From positions 288,001 through 352,000 of the forward strand of contig CAWKBC010000032.1 in NCBI GenBank assembly GCA_963847705.1: 64,000 bases of DNA. The letters are read 5' to 3'. This DNA is from an uncultured Pseudomonadota bacterium. Its GTDB lineage: Bacteria; Myxococcota_A; Polyangia; Fen-1088. Below the pieces are notes generated by a model. The model saw nothing but the letters and a program-made list of their open reading frames with translations. It was not told the origin of the DNA and did no database searches. Positions 9,863-18,514 of the stretch are shown piece by piece. Each line of letters opens with the position of its first letter. Within the stretch, counting starts at the first letter, position 1. The position numbers and the translations under genes are program-made.

Positions 9863-10306
9863 TCAGGCGGCGCGGTTGAGGACGGTCTCGATCGCCTGCT
9901 TGGGTACGGCGCCCCGGATCTGCTCGACCACCAGTGGCCCACGAAACAGGATCATGGTGGGGATGGCCTGGACGGCGAAGCGGGAGGCGGCCTGCGGATT
10001 CTCGTCGACGTTGAGCTTGGCGATCTTCACCTTCCCTGCGCGCTCTGCGGCCAGCGTCTCCAGCACCGGCGCCACCGCGCGGCAGGGGCCGCACCAGGGG
10101 GCCCAAAAATCGACCAGCACGGGGATGGGCGAGTCCTCGACCTCTTTCTTCCAGCTGGCGTCGGTGACCGTGACCGGCCGGCGTGGAAAGATCCTCTCCT
10201 TGCAGCGGCCGCAGGTGGGATCGTCGCCCAGGCGCGCGCGCAAGACCCGGTTCAGGCTGCCGCACGCGCTGCAGGCAGTGACCACCGATGTGCCGTCGTC
10301 TTTCAC
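9863..10306 (-). CDS. trxC: Thioredoxin 2 with N-terminal Zn-binding domain
   Basis: CSAC...NRV...CGRC followed by VDFWAPWCGPC. Confidence 0.92.
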   Translation of the reverse strand: MKDDGTSVVTACSACGSLNRVLRARLGDDPTCGRCKERIFPRRPVTVTDASWKKEVEDSPIPVLVDFWAPWCGPCRAVAPVLETLAAERAGKVKIAKLNVDENPQAASRFAVQAIPTMILFRGPLVVEQIRGAVPKQAIETVLNRAA

Positions 10307-10447
10307 GCGTCCCTTATAAGCACCGGGTGGCGGTCGTCCATCGTTCAGCGGCGCCGTCGGTGGCGGGCCCGGCCGCGCCCTCGGCGATCCAGGCGGCGCA
10401 GAGCGCGGTGACGCAGGCGGGGAGCGGATCGGGGACCTCCCGACCGG

Positions 10448-11326
10448 TCAGTCGGCGTGACGACGGCCAGAGGCCGCGAGCCCGGCGCGCGCGCTCTGCC
10501 GAACACGCTCCGAGGGATCGCCGAGCGCGGCGCCGAAACGCGCTTCGGCGGCGGTGACGTCTCCCGCGTGCAGGAGCAGCCAGCCCAACATCACCGATGC
10601 TTCTGCGGCCCGATTGGACCCGGGATAGAGGGCCAGGAATCGGGTGAGCGCCTCTCGCGCTTCCGCCGGGTGGTTCGCCCGATCGAGCGCCACGCCCTTC
10701 CAGAAGGAAGCGTCCTCGTGGAGCCCGTTGTCGTTTCGCTCAGCGGCCGCTCGACCGAAGGCCTGAGCCGCCGTTTCGAAGTCATTGGCCCGGAGCGCGC
10801 TCCACCCACGCGCGAAGGCAAGCTCGACGGTCGCCCCCGATTCGCGCGCGGCCCCGGAGGTGAGCGCCAGCCGGCGGGGCGAGCGCGGGGGCGTCTGGTG
10901 GGCCTCGAGGGGCGCGGGCAAAGCCAGGCCGGGCGGGGCCAAGCCGGGCGAAGCCATCGGCGAGCCCGTGGGCGAAACCATTCTGGCCGGCGCGGCGACC
11001 TCGACCAGTTGGTGCGCCGGCGCGGCGCGCGTCCCGACTCGCCAGGCCGCCGCTGCGATGCCGGCTCCCGCCAGCAGAAGGGTCGCCACCAGCAGCAGGC
11101 TCTGCCGTCCCTGGCCGGGGAGACCGCCCGTTCGTCTCCTGCTTCTGGCGCGGACCTGACCGACGGGGCCCGCGCTGCCGGCGCCGTCGCCCACACTGGC
11201 CAGGAGCGCCGTGCGCAGCTCCTCGTGACGCGCTTCCGACAGAACCGGCACGGGGAGCTGCCTGGCGATCGCCAGGAGCTCGCGCTCGGTGCGCGGGCGG
11301 CGTACGTCGGCAGGCGACGCGCTCAC
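10448..11326 (-). CDS. Putative anti-sigma factor: single TM plus C-terminal TPR
   Basis: GTG 11326 overlaps the sigma-factor stop. TM LLLVATLLLAGAGIAAAAW and TPR-like tail (RFLALYPGS). Confidence 0.7.
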   Translation of the reverse strand: MSASPADVRRPRTERELLAIARQLPVPVLSEARHEELRTALLASVGDGAGSAGPVGQVRARSRRRTGGLPGQGRQSLLLVATLLLAGAGIAAAAWRVGTRAAPAHQLVEVAAPARMVSPTGSPMASPGLAPPGLALPAPLEAHQTPPRSPRRLALTSGAARESGATVELAFARGWSALRANDFETAAQAFGRAAAERNDNGLHEDASFWKGVALDRANHPAEAREALTRFLALYPGSNRAAEASVMLGWLLLHAGDVTAAEARFGAALGDPSERVRQSARAGLAASGRRHAD

Positions 11327-11940
11327 GGGCGTCCCTCCTCGACCAGGACGCCGAGCGCGCGACGCGCCTCGTGGACCCGTCGGTAGAGCGTCCCCTCGGG
11401 GATTTGGAGCACCGCCGCTGCCTCTCGCCCCGAAATGTCCTCCAGGTCGCACATCACCAGGGCGACGCGGAGGTCATGCGGAAGGGCCGCCAGCGCCTCT
11501 CGCATTCGCTGCATGAGCTGCTGCTGCTCGAGAGACTCGTCGGGTCGGCCCGAGGGGAGAACGGGCAACTTCGCCAGGCGCTCGAGGGCCGACCGACGCC
11601 GAACCTCACCGCGCACATGCCGTCGCGTCACGTTGGCCGCGATGGCGAAGACCCAGGTGCGAACCAGGGCCGTTCCCTTGAAGGTCGCCGCGGAGGCGTG
11701 AATCGCGATGAACGTCGCCTGAACGAGATCCTCCAGCTCCTCGAGCTGGCTGCCCGCCAGGCGAGAGAGGAATCGCCACACGTGAGGCGAGAGCCGATCG
11801 TAGAGCGCGCCGAGCGCTGCGCGGTCGCCGAGCGCGCAGGCGGCCAAGAGAGCCTCGTCCGACATCTCGGCGGGAAGCCCATCGAGGCGACGCAGCGGGA
11901 CCAGCTTTCCCCTCGACCCATTGTTCGCGCCGTCGTTCGT
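11323..11940 (-). CDS. ECF RNA polymerase sigma factor
   Basis: Region 2 (EDLVQATF, TWVFAIAAN) and region 4 (EAAAVLQIPEGTLYRRVHEAR). The frame is open upstream of ATG 11865 to ACG at 11940. Confidence 0.9.
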   Translation of the reverse strand, partial: TNDGANNGSRGKLVPLRRLDGLPAEMSDEALLAACALGDRAALGALYDRLSPHVWRFLSRLAGSQLEELEDLVQATFIAIHASAATFKGTALVRTWVFAIAANVTRRHVRGEVRRRSALERLAKLPVLPSGRPDESLEQQQLMQRMREALAALPHDLRVALVMCDLEDISGREAAAVLQIPEGTLYRRVHEARRALGVLVEEGRP

Positions 11941-13019
11941 GGGACTCCATATCGAAAGCCGAGCGTGGCCAGACCGTACGCCAGTGGCTCTCCCGGAAGG
12001 GTCACACCGTTGACGAAGAACGGCGCCTGGTGCGCGAACAGCGCGACGCTGACGCCGAGCCCCCCCTCGATCGACCAGCGCCGCGACAGGGGGAGCGACG
12101 CGGCCAGGTGGAGGCCGGCGCTCACGTCGCCGTGGTCGAATTCGTTGTCGTCGAGCATCTGGGCGTGGGCGCCGAAGCCCCCCATGTGGATCCAGCCGAC
12201 GCCCAGCTCGACGCCGGGCCGAAAGGCGAAACGCCCGCGCGAGAACGGGAGATCGAGGGAGACCGCGACCTCACCAGAATCGCGTTTGTGGAGCACGTTG
12301 GCGGACTCGTCGCTGGCGTCGAGGTCGTGCCAGAAGCGAAGCAACGTGCCGAGGCAGATGGGTCCCAGGGTGACGCAGCCGGAAAGAGACAGGCCCGCCC
12401 AGCCCGAGTCGTCGGAGCCCGCCGCCATCTCGGTCGCCACGAGCAGGGTGACGCCGTGGGTGGCTGGGTGCGCCTCGGAGACCGGTGCGGCCTGCGCGAC
12501 GGCCTCGGGCGCCGGCCCGCGGGGCGCCGCCTGGACCAGCAGCTCCCTGCCGTCTTTTCCGTCTCTGCCGTCGTTCTTGCCTTCGGCCTTGCCGTCGTTC
12601 TTGCCGTCGTCTTTGCCGTCGTCCGCAGCGTCGCGTTCGTCGGACACCGCCTCCGCCCCGGGGAGCAACGGCACCAGGAGGTCGACGCCGGTTCTCGACT
12701 CGATGACCGCGGCGGCGGCGCGTACGTCGCTGACCGTCCGCCGGGTGACGCGGCCGTAGGCGTCGATCATCAACAGCGTCAGGCCCGTCCCTCCTTCGCT
12801 CACCGTCACGTCCTCGGCGACGCATCCCGGAGGCGGCGTCACATGAACTCCGGCCCGGGCAAGCTCAACCGTGATGGCGGTTCGAATCTGCGCCGGACCG
12901 TGCACCAGGACGGCAGGGAGACACTCCGCGGCAGCCCCGGCTCGCCCCGCGAGGCAACCGAGCCCCGCCGCAACGAGCGCCGTCGCCAGGCGGCGGTTTG
13001 GCTGAGCGCTCCACGCCAT
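11937..13019 (-). CDS. Exported beta-barrel-like protein upstream of the ECF sigma gene; expected stop reads CGA, so the ORF runs on to 11628
   Basis: Signal peptide, DGK-rich insert, amphipathic strands ending LGFRYGVP. Downstream read-through sequence is the shadow of the sigma gene. Confidence 0.65.
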
Positions 13020-13117
13020 GTTCCTTTGGTGCCCGCGGCGACGAAATCCTTCACGGTCGCGCGAAAATTTCGCCCGGCGGCGAAGAATGACGCACCGACG
13101 GCAACCAAGTCAGCATC

Positions 13118-13560
13118 ATGAGCGCCCAGCCCAACCGTCGGTGCGTCCTCCAGGTCATCGGCTCCTCCGCGGGGCTGGTCGTGGTGGGGGGCCTCGCCTC
13201 CTGCCAGCAGACCGGCTCCCCCCGACCGGTCCGGTCAGCGGTGGCAACGTCTCCGCGCTCCAGGTCGGCGCGCTGCTGCTGATGTCCAACATCGCCGTGG
13301 GCCTCGATGGCCAGGGGGTCTACGCCATGTCGGCCATCTGCACCCACGCAGGATGTTTCCTGGACGATGGAGCGAAGACGATCGCCGCGGGCCTCGACTG
13401 CCCCTGCCACGGCTCCACGTTCGACGGCAACGGCGCCGTGACCAACGGGCCCGCCCGCGATCCGTTGCAGCACTATCTCGTCACGATCGCCGCCGACGGT
13501 TCGATCACCGTGGACGGCAGCCAACCGGTCAGCGCCAGCGCGCGCACCGCCCTGCCCTAG
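13118..13560 (+). CDS. Rieske [2Fe-2S] protein with Tat/lipoprotein signal, frameshifted at a C6 run
   Basis: CTHAGC and CPCHGSTF motifs. Signal MSAQPNRRCVL...GGLAS-C lies in another frame, and one extra C at 13218-13223 joins them. Confidence 0.85.
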
Positions 13561-13609
13561 CGAGCGTTCGCCGTGACGAACGCCGGCCGAGGGCGGACGA
13601 GCTCCACGA

Positions 13610-15649
13610 TCACGGCCCGAGCTCGACCTTCAGCTCGTAGGGATCGTCGAGCCCTTGCAGCGGCTGGGCCTTCACGTCGACGCCCGGGGGGAGCTTGCGG
13701 GCGATCCCGATCAGCACCGGCGTTCCGGCGTGGGCCTCGACCGCGAACTCTTCGGACCCGCCCGCGCCGCGCCTGTCGATCGGCCGCTTCCCCGCAGGAT
13801 CGCGCATCAACACGAGGTCGACGCCCGACGGCGCACTGACCGATCCGGTCAACGCGCCGTCGTGGTCGACGGTGATCGCGAACCAGTCCTGGTCGTCGGC
13901 GCGTCCCAGGTAGCCACGCAGGCGCCCTGGCGCCCGCAGCGGCGTCGCCGCCGCCGGCCAGTCGTTGGGCTCGCTCTCCCACCCGGCTTGCGGCGGACCC
14001 CAGCGCACCGTCAGCGTGTAGGGATCGGCCGCCTCCTCGCTCGGCTTCGTCCCCTGGATCCAGACCTCGCGCACGGCCAGGTAGGATTCGCCCGGGCCGA
14101 TGGTGGTCGGCTGCAGCCATTCGCCCCAACCCCGTCCGTGCTCGTCGCTCTTGGCGAGGCGGCGCCCCTCGGCATCGTAGATCTCGAGCACCAGATCGAC
14201 GTTGGGGATCCCTTCCAGCCGCGCGTCGACCGCCCGGAGGCCCTTGCCGGCCGGGACCCGAAAGTAGTCGACGTCGCCATGACCGTCGGCGTTCAGCTTT
14301 CCGATCGTCCCCCGCAGCGGGGCCCCCAGCGGGAGCAGGTTGGCGTATCCCGGCGTGTTGTTGGGCTCGCGCTCGACGAGCTCGGCGCGCTCACCGCCGA
14401 AGCGGGCCCACAGCGCCACCGCGCCGCCCAGCACCGCAGCCGCGGCCAGCGGCAACAAGAAGCGGGTCATCAGGCGGCGGCGCCGCAGCCCTCCTTCGTA
14501 GTCGTCGACGTCGGACCTCCTCAACCGATCGCCGTAGCCGACGATGTCGGAGTCGTCGATCGGGACGGTCAGAGCGTCGGCGCGGCTGAGGGGAACCGGA
14601 TCGCGCTCGGCCGGTGACGGCGGCGGCGCCAGCGGTGGCGAGGATGACGGTGACGACGACGACGAGAACGCACGCGCGCCCGCGCCGGTCTCGCTCAGCG
14701 CGCGCTCGAGATCGTCGCGCATCTCCAGCGCCGAGGCGTAGCGATCCGACGCCGCTTTCTCCATCGCGCGCAGCACGATCCGATCCGCCTCCGGGGGGAG
14801 AGCCCGCTCGGGCGCGCGCGCACACGGGGGGACCACCTCGTCGGTGAGATGCTTGGCCAGCACGCTCATCGGCGACGGCGCGTCGAACGGCGTCACGCCG
14901 GTCAACACCCGGTAGAGCGTGGCGCCCACGCTGTAGAGATCGGCGCGCGCGTCGAGCGGCTCGCCGCGCACCTGCTCTGGCGCCATGTAGTAGGGCGTCC
15001 CGATCACCTGGCCGCCCGAGCTGACCGACGAACGATCGGAGTCGGTCGCGCGCTCGCGCAGCTTGGCCAGACCGAAGTCGAGGATCTTGACGTGCTCCGA
15101 GCCGTCGCGGCGCTTCACCACCATCAAGTTCTCGGGCTTGAGATCGCGGTGCACGATCCCCGCCTCGTGGGCCTCGACGAGGCCAGCGCAGACCTGCACG
15201 AAGAGGCGCGCCGCCCGCCCGAAGGTCCAGGGCCCCTCGCGCCGGATGAGCGCGGAGAGATCCTCGCCGTTGATGTACTCCATGACAAGGTAGAGGGCGC
15301 CGTCGCTCTGGCCGAAGTCGAAGGTCTGCACGATGTTCGGGTGGTCGAGCTTGCTGACCGCCTGCGCCTCGTTGCGAAAGCGCCGCACCATCTCGGGCTG
15401 CGCGGCGCCGTCGGGGGTCAGCACCTTCATGGCCGCCTTCTTGCCGAGGTGAAGGTGCTCGACCTGGTAGACGACGCCCATGCCGCCCGAACCGAGGCGC
15501 GACACCACCCGGTAGCGGCGCTCGACCACCCGTCCGATCCAGGGATCGCGCTCCTCGGGCACGTCGCCCGGCTCGGCCGGCGCGCCGCAGCTGCCGCAGA
15601 AGCGCGCGCCGGGATCGAGGCTCGCCGAACAGCGTTCGCAGGCAGCCAT
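13610..15649 (-). CDS. Membrane Ser/Thr protein kinase with N-terminal Zn ribbon and two PPC-like C-terminal domains
   Basis: CxxC..FCxxCG, LGSGGMGVVY, HRDLKPEN, DFGLAK, GTPYYMAPE, one TM, then repeated ExEPN...DxD(Y/W)F motifs. Confidence 0.93.
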   Translation of the reverse strand: MAACERCSASLDPGARFCGSCGAPAEPGDVPEERDPWIGRVVERRYRVVSRLGSGGMGVVYQVEHLHLGKKAAMKVLTPDGAAQPEMVRRFRNEAQAVSKLDHPNIVQTFDFGQSDGALYLVMEYINGEDLSALIRREGPWTFGRAARLFVQVCAGLVEAHEAGIVHRDLKPENLMVVKRRDGSEHVKILDFGLAKLRERATDSDRSSVSSGGQVIGTPYYMAPEQVRGEPLDARADLYSVGATLYRVLTGVTPFDAPSPMSVLAKHLTDEVVPPCARAPERALPPEADRIVLRAMEKAASDRYASALEMRDDLERALSETGAGARAFSSSSSPSSSPPLAPPPSPAERDPVPLSRADALTVPIDDSDIVGYGDRLRRSDVDDYEGGLRRRRLMTRFLLPLAAAAVLGGAVALWARFGGERAELVEREPNNTPGYANLLPLGAPLRGTIGKLNADGHGDVDYFRVPAGKGLRAVDARLEGIPNVDLVLEIYDAEGRRLAKSDEHGRGWGEWLQPTTIGPGESYLAVREVWIQGTKPSEEAADPYTLTVRWGPPQAGWESEPNDWPAAATPLRAPGRLRGYLGRADDQDWFAITVDHDGALTGSVSAPSGVDLVLMRDPAGKRPIDRRGAGGSEEFAVEAHAGTPVLIGIARKLPPGVDVKAQPLQGLDDPYELKVELGP

Positions 15650-15729
15650 CGGCTCAGCCTACTCGCCCGGCGGCGGACCCGCCAAATCGGTGCAAGCTCG
15701 GTGATCGACCCCACTCGGCGCTGCGGGCG

Positions 15730-18072
15730 CTACTGGACGGCGGCGGCCTGGCGCGGACTCCCGCCCTGATGACCGACGTCGTCGAGAAACGCGGCGGTCC
15801 AGGCCAGCGCGGCGTTCCAGTTGATCGCCACCTCGTTGGTGGAGTACGACTCGATGTTGTCGACGTAGCAGGTCTCGGGCGGGCAGCCGCCGAGACCCAG
15901 CTTACGGATGTAGGGATCTTGCAGCGCGGAGTTGGGGCCGCCGGCGACCGCCCCCGGCGGCGCCTCGGGGAGCGCCGGATCCTTCTGGTGGGCCCAGACG
16001 CGGTGGTGGGGGTTGTGCATCGCGTAGGTGCCGTACCCGGAGACGTAGCTCTGCGCCAGCGGGTTGCGCCCGAGGATGTAGTCCATGCAATCGGCCACGC
16101 CGCCGGCGTACTTGCGGTCCCTGGTCAGGTCGTAAGCGATGCCCAGGACCACCGCCGCGTTCAGCACGCCGCCGTTCGAACCCCAGACGTAGACGCTGTC
16201 CGACGCCATCGGAACGCGGTAACCGCGCGTGCCGATGAGCGCCAGCAGGTGATCGGCGGCGGCGAGGATCTGGCGTCGCTGCTCGGCGAGCGCGTCGTCC
16301 CCCAGGGCGTTGGGAGCGACCAGCAGGCTGATCTTTCCCAGCGGCGCGACGTGATCCCAGCCGACGTTCCCCGCCATCACCGCCGCGCCCGTCTTCGGCG
16401 CATGGAAGCGCGACTGGACGAGCTCGCCCCGGTACTCGGGCTTCCCGGTGGTGATGAAGAGCTCCGCCGCCGCCCAGTAGAACTCGTCCCCCAGCTCGCC
16501 GTCGCCGTAGGCGCCGCCGCCCGGGGTGTCGTGCTCGGCGTGCACGGCCGGATTTCGCTTGGCGGCGGCGAAGGCGGTCTCCGCGGCGGTGAGGCAGCGC
16601 GCCGAGAAGGCGGGATCCAGCTTTCGCCACAGGCGCGCCGCCTGCGCGGCCGCGGCCGCCAGGTTCAAGGTCGCCGCGGTGCTGACCGGGCGCAGGTGGC
16701 GCTTGATGTCGTCGTGCGCGGGCGAGGTGGGAATGTTGGACCACCTGTCTCCGTGAACCTTCTGATGAACCATCCCGGCCATCGGCTGTCCCGCCGGCAC
16801 CTGCAACCGCAGGAAGAGATCGAGCCCCCAGCGCGCTTCGTCGAGCAGGTCGGGGCGCCCGTTCGTCGACTCGGGGATCTTCATCTTCCCGTCGCCGAAG
16901 GCGGCCGCCGTCGTGCCGAAGCGGGCGAGCGTCTCGTATTCGTTCTGCAGCAGCCAGACGGAGAAGCCGCCGTTGACCACGTACTTGCCGTGATCGCCGG
17001 CGTCGTACCAGCCGCCGCTGGCGTCCAGCGAATAGCTGCAGGGGCTCTCCGGCGCGCAGCCGACGCTCTTGTCACCGAGGTGGCCGGCCGCGCGCTCGAA
17101 GGCGGGCGAGCCCGCGTAGGGCATCTTGATGGGGATGCCGCTGCGCTGAAGGTAAAAGAACGCCAGCGCGTCGTACTTCAACCGCCGGTAGACGTCGGCG
17201 CCGATGGCGAACGGAACGCTCTCGTCGTTGCCCACGCGCAGCTTGTAGCCGGCGCCGATCGCGGTGACCGCGGAGAAATCGATCTGCTGGACCCGCTCGC
17301 CCGAGGAGTGGTCGTCGCCGAACGGGCGTGTCTTCCCGCTGGCGCGCAGGCGGCCGTGGGCGTCGACCAGCTGCCAATCGCCAGGCGCGTCCGTGCCCTC
17401 CGCGCGCGTCACCACCGTCGCGATCTTGGGCAGTCCCGGCAGGTAGCCGACCTGATTGACGCGCACCTGGGGGAGCGCCCGCGGATTCAGGCGTTCGACC
17501 GGCAGCTCCGCCCGCGGGTCATTGAGCTCGACGTCGTCGAGGCAGACGGTCAGCGGCACCGCGCCGGCCAGCGCGCCGCCCAGATCGATGGCCAGCTCGG
17601 TGTTCTCCTCGTCGACGGCGCCGTCGAACGTGGCCGCGAAGCTGCGCGCCTCGGGCGCCGCCTCGGCCGTCCCGGCCCACAGCTCGGTGTAGGGCGCGTT
17701 GATCTTGCTGAGCCGCACCCGCAGGCGCGTCGGCTTGGTGGCGTGCGCCGCAAACCGCAGCTGATAATGATGCCCGCGCGCGAGGGCGAGCGGCCGCTGT
17801 CGGACCACCACGCTGGCGGCGCTCGGCCCTGGGTGATCGATCTGGACGCACAGCTCGTGGTTCGTGACCGCGGCCCGTCCCGTGTCGGGCGAATCGAGGC
17901 CCACGTTCCAGGGGCGCAGCGTCGCGCTGTCGAACGCGCCGTTCCAGAGCATGTTCTTGCCCACGGCCCTGGAAGGACCGACCGTCATCGCGGTTTCCGC
18001 TCCGGCTGTGGCAGGGAGCAGCGAAACGAGGAGTGAGAGGGAAAGAAGGAGGGCGGACGTCGTGATTCGCAT
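15730..18072 (-). CDS. GH9 endoglucanase with CBM4-like and Ig-like domains
   Basis: Signal peptide, VRVNQVGY, GGWYDAGDHGKY, PHHR, YSTNEVAINWNA. GGAG RBS before ATG 18072. Confidence 0.95.
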   Translation of the reverse strand: MRITTSALLLSLSLLVSLLPATAGAETAMTVGPSRAVGKNMLWNGAFDSATLRPWNVGLDSPDTGRAAVTNHELCVQIDHPGPSAASVVVRQRPLALARGHHYQLRFAAHATKPTRLRVRLSKINAPYTELWAGTAEAAPEARSFAATFDGAVDEENTELAIDLGGALAGAVPLTVCLDDVELNDPRAELPVERLNPRALPQVRVNQVGYLPGLPKIATVVTRAEGTDAPGDWQLVDAHGRLRASGKTRPFGDDHSSGERVQQIDFSAVTAIGAGYKLRVGNDESVPFAIGADVYRRLKYDALAFFYLQRSGIPIKMPYAGSPAFERAAGHLGDKSVGCAPESPCSYSLDASGGWYDAGDHGKYVVNGGFSVWLLQNEYETLARFGTTAAAFGDGKMKIPESTNGRPDLLDEARWGLDLFLRLQVPAGQPMAGMVHQKVHGDRWSNIPTSPAHDDIKRHLRPVSTAATLNLAAAAAQAARLWRKLDPAFSARCLTAAETAFAAAKRNPAVHAEHDTPGGGAYGDGELGDEFYWAAAELFITTGKPEYRGELVQSRFHAPKTGAAVMAGNVGWDHVAPLGKISLLVAPNALGDDALAEQRRQILAAADHLLALIGTRGYRVPMASDSVYVWGSNGGVLNAAVVLGIAYDLTRDRKYAGGVADCMDYILGRNPLAQSYVSGYGTYAMHNPHHRVWAHQKDPALPEAPPGAVAGGPNSALQDPYIRKLGLGGCPPETCYVDNIESYSTNEVAINWNAALAWTAAFLDDVGHQGGSPRQAAAVQ

Positions 18073-18093
18073 GGGGTCTCCGCAGCGCGCAGG

Positions 18094-18109
18094 AGCAAGG
18101 CGCGCGCCA
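18094..18109 (-). promoter_or_regulatory. Sigma54 (-24/-12) promoter of the GH9 gene
   Basis: Minus strand TGGCGCGCGCCTTGCT (GG-N10-GC). Predicted +1 near 18083, just ahead of the RBS. Confidence 0.65.
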
Positions 18110-18281
18110 GAGGCCAAGGGCGAGACGGGGCTTCTTGTCGCTCGTTGCTCGCCCGAAACAGCGTTCGAAGTCGTCCGCGGACGTCCAGACCGGACGTCCG
18201 CGCCGTCGACGGACGGAGGCCCCCAAGCTCCCACCTCGCGGGGCTTCTGCCAAAGAGCGCGTGAGCGACAACTGGGGGTAG

Positions 18282-18317
18282 CTGTTGCGCAGCAAGCGTT
18301 GCGCAACAGGCGTTGCG
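18282..18317. promoter_or_regulatory. Inverted and tandem repeats, probable regulator binding site
   Basis: CTGTTGCGC-N10-GCGCAACAG perfect 9-bp inverted repeat. GTTGCG recurs at 18284, 18298 and 18312 (14-bp period). Confidence 0.5.
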
Positions 18318-18514
18318 GCGCCGATCGGCGCCTCTCGACATTCATCGAAGTTTTTCGCGAGAAATAACGCTGAAAGTCGCTCGCGACATGAGCTTGTCCG
18401 GGAAGGGACCGCTACTGCACACCCGCAGGGTTTTGGATCCTCTCGTGTGACGGGCTTCCTCCTGCGGAGTCTTCCCAATCATGAGCGCCGCCGCTCGAGC
18501 CCCTCGGAGGGAAC

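Noticed and set aside
18360-18514. Riboswitch or ncRNA in the leader of the heme-motif lipoprotein
   Set aside because: Some pairing is possible (GGGAAG/CTTCCC) but no recognisable aptamer consensus. A covariance-model search would be needed.
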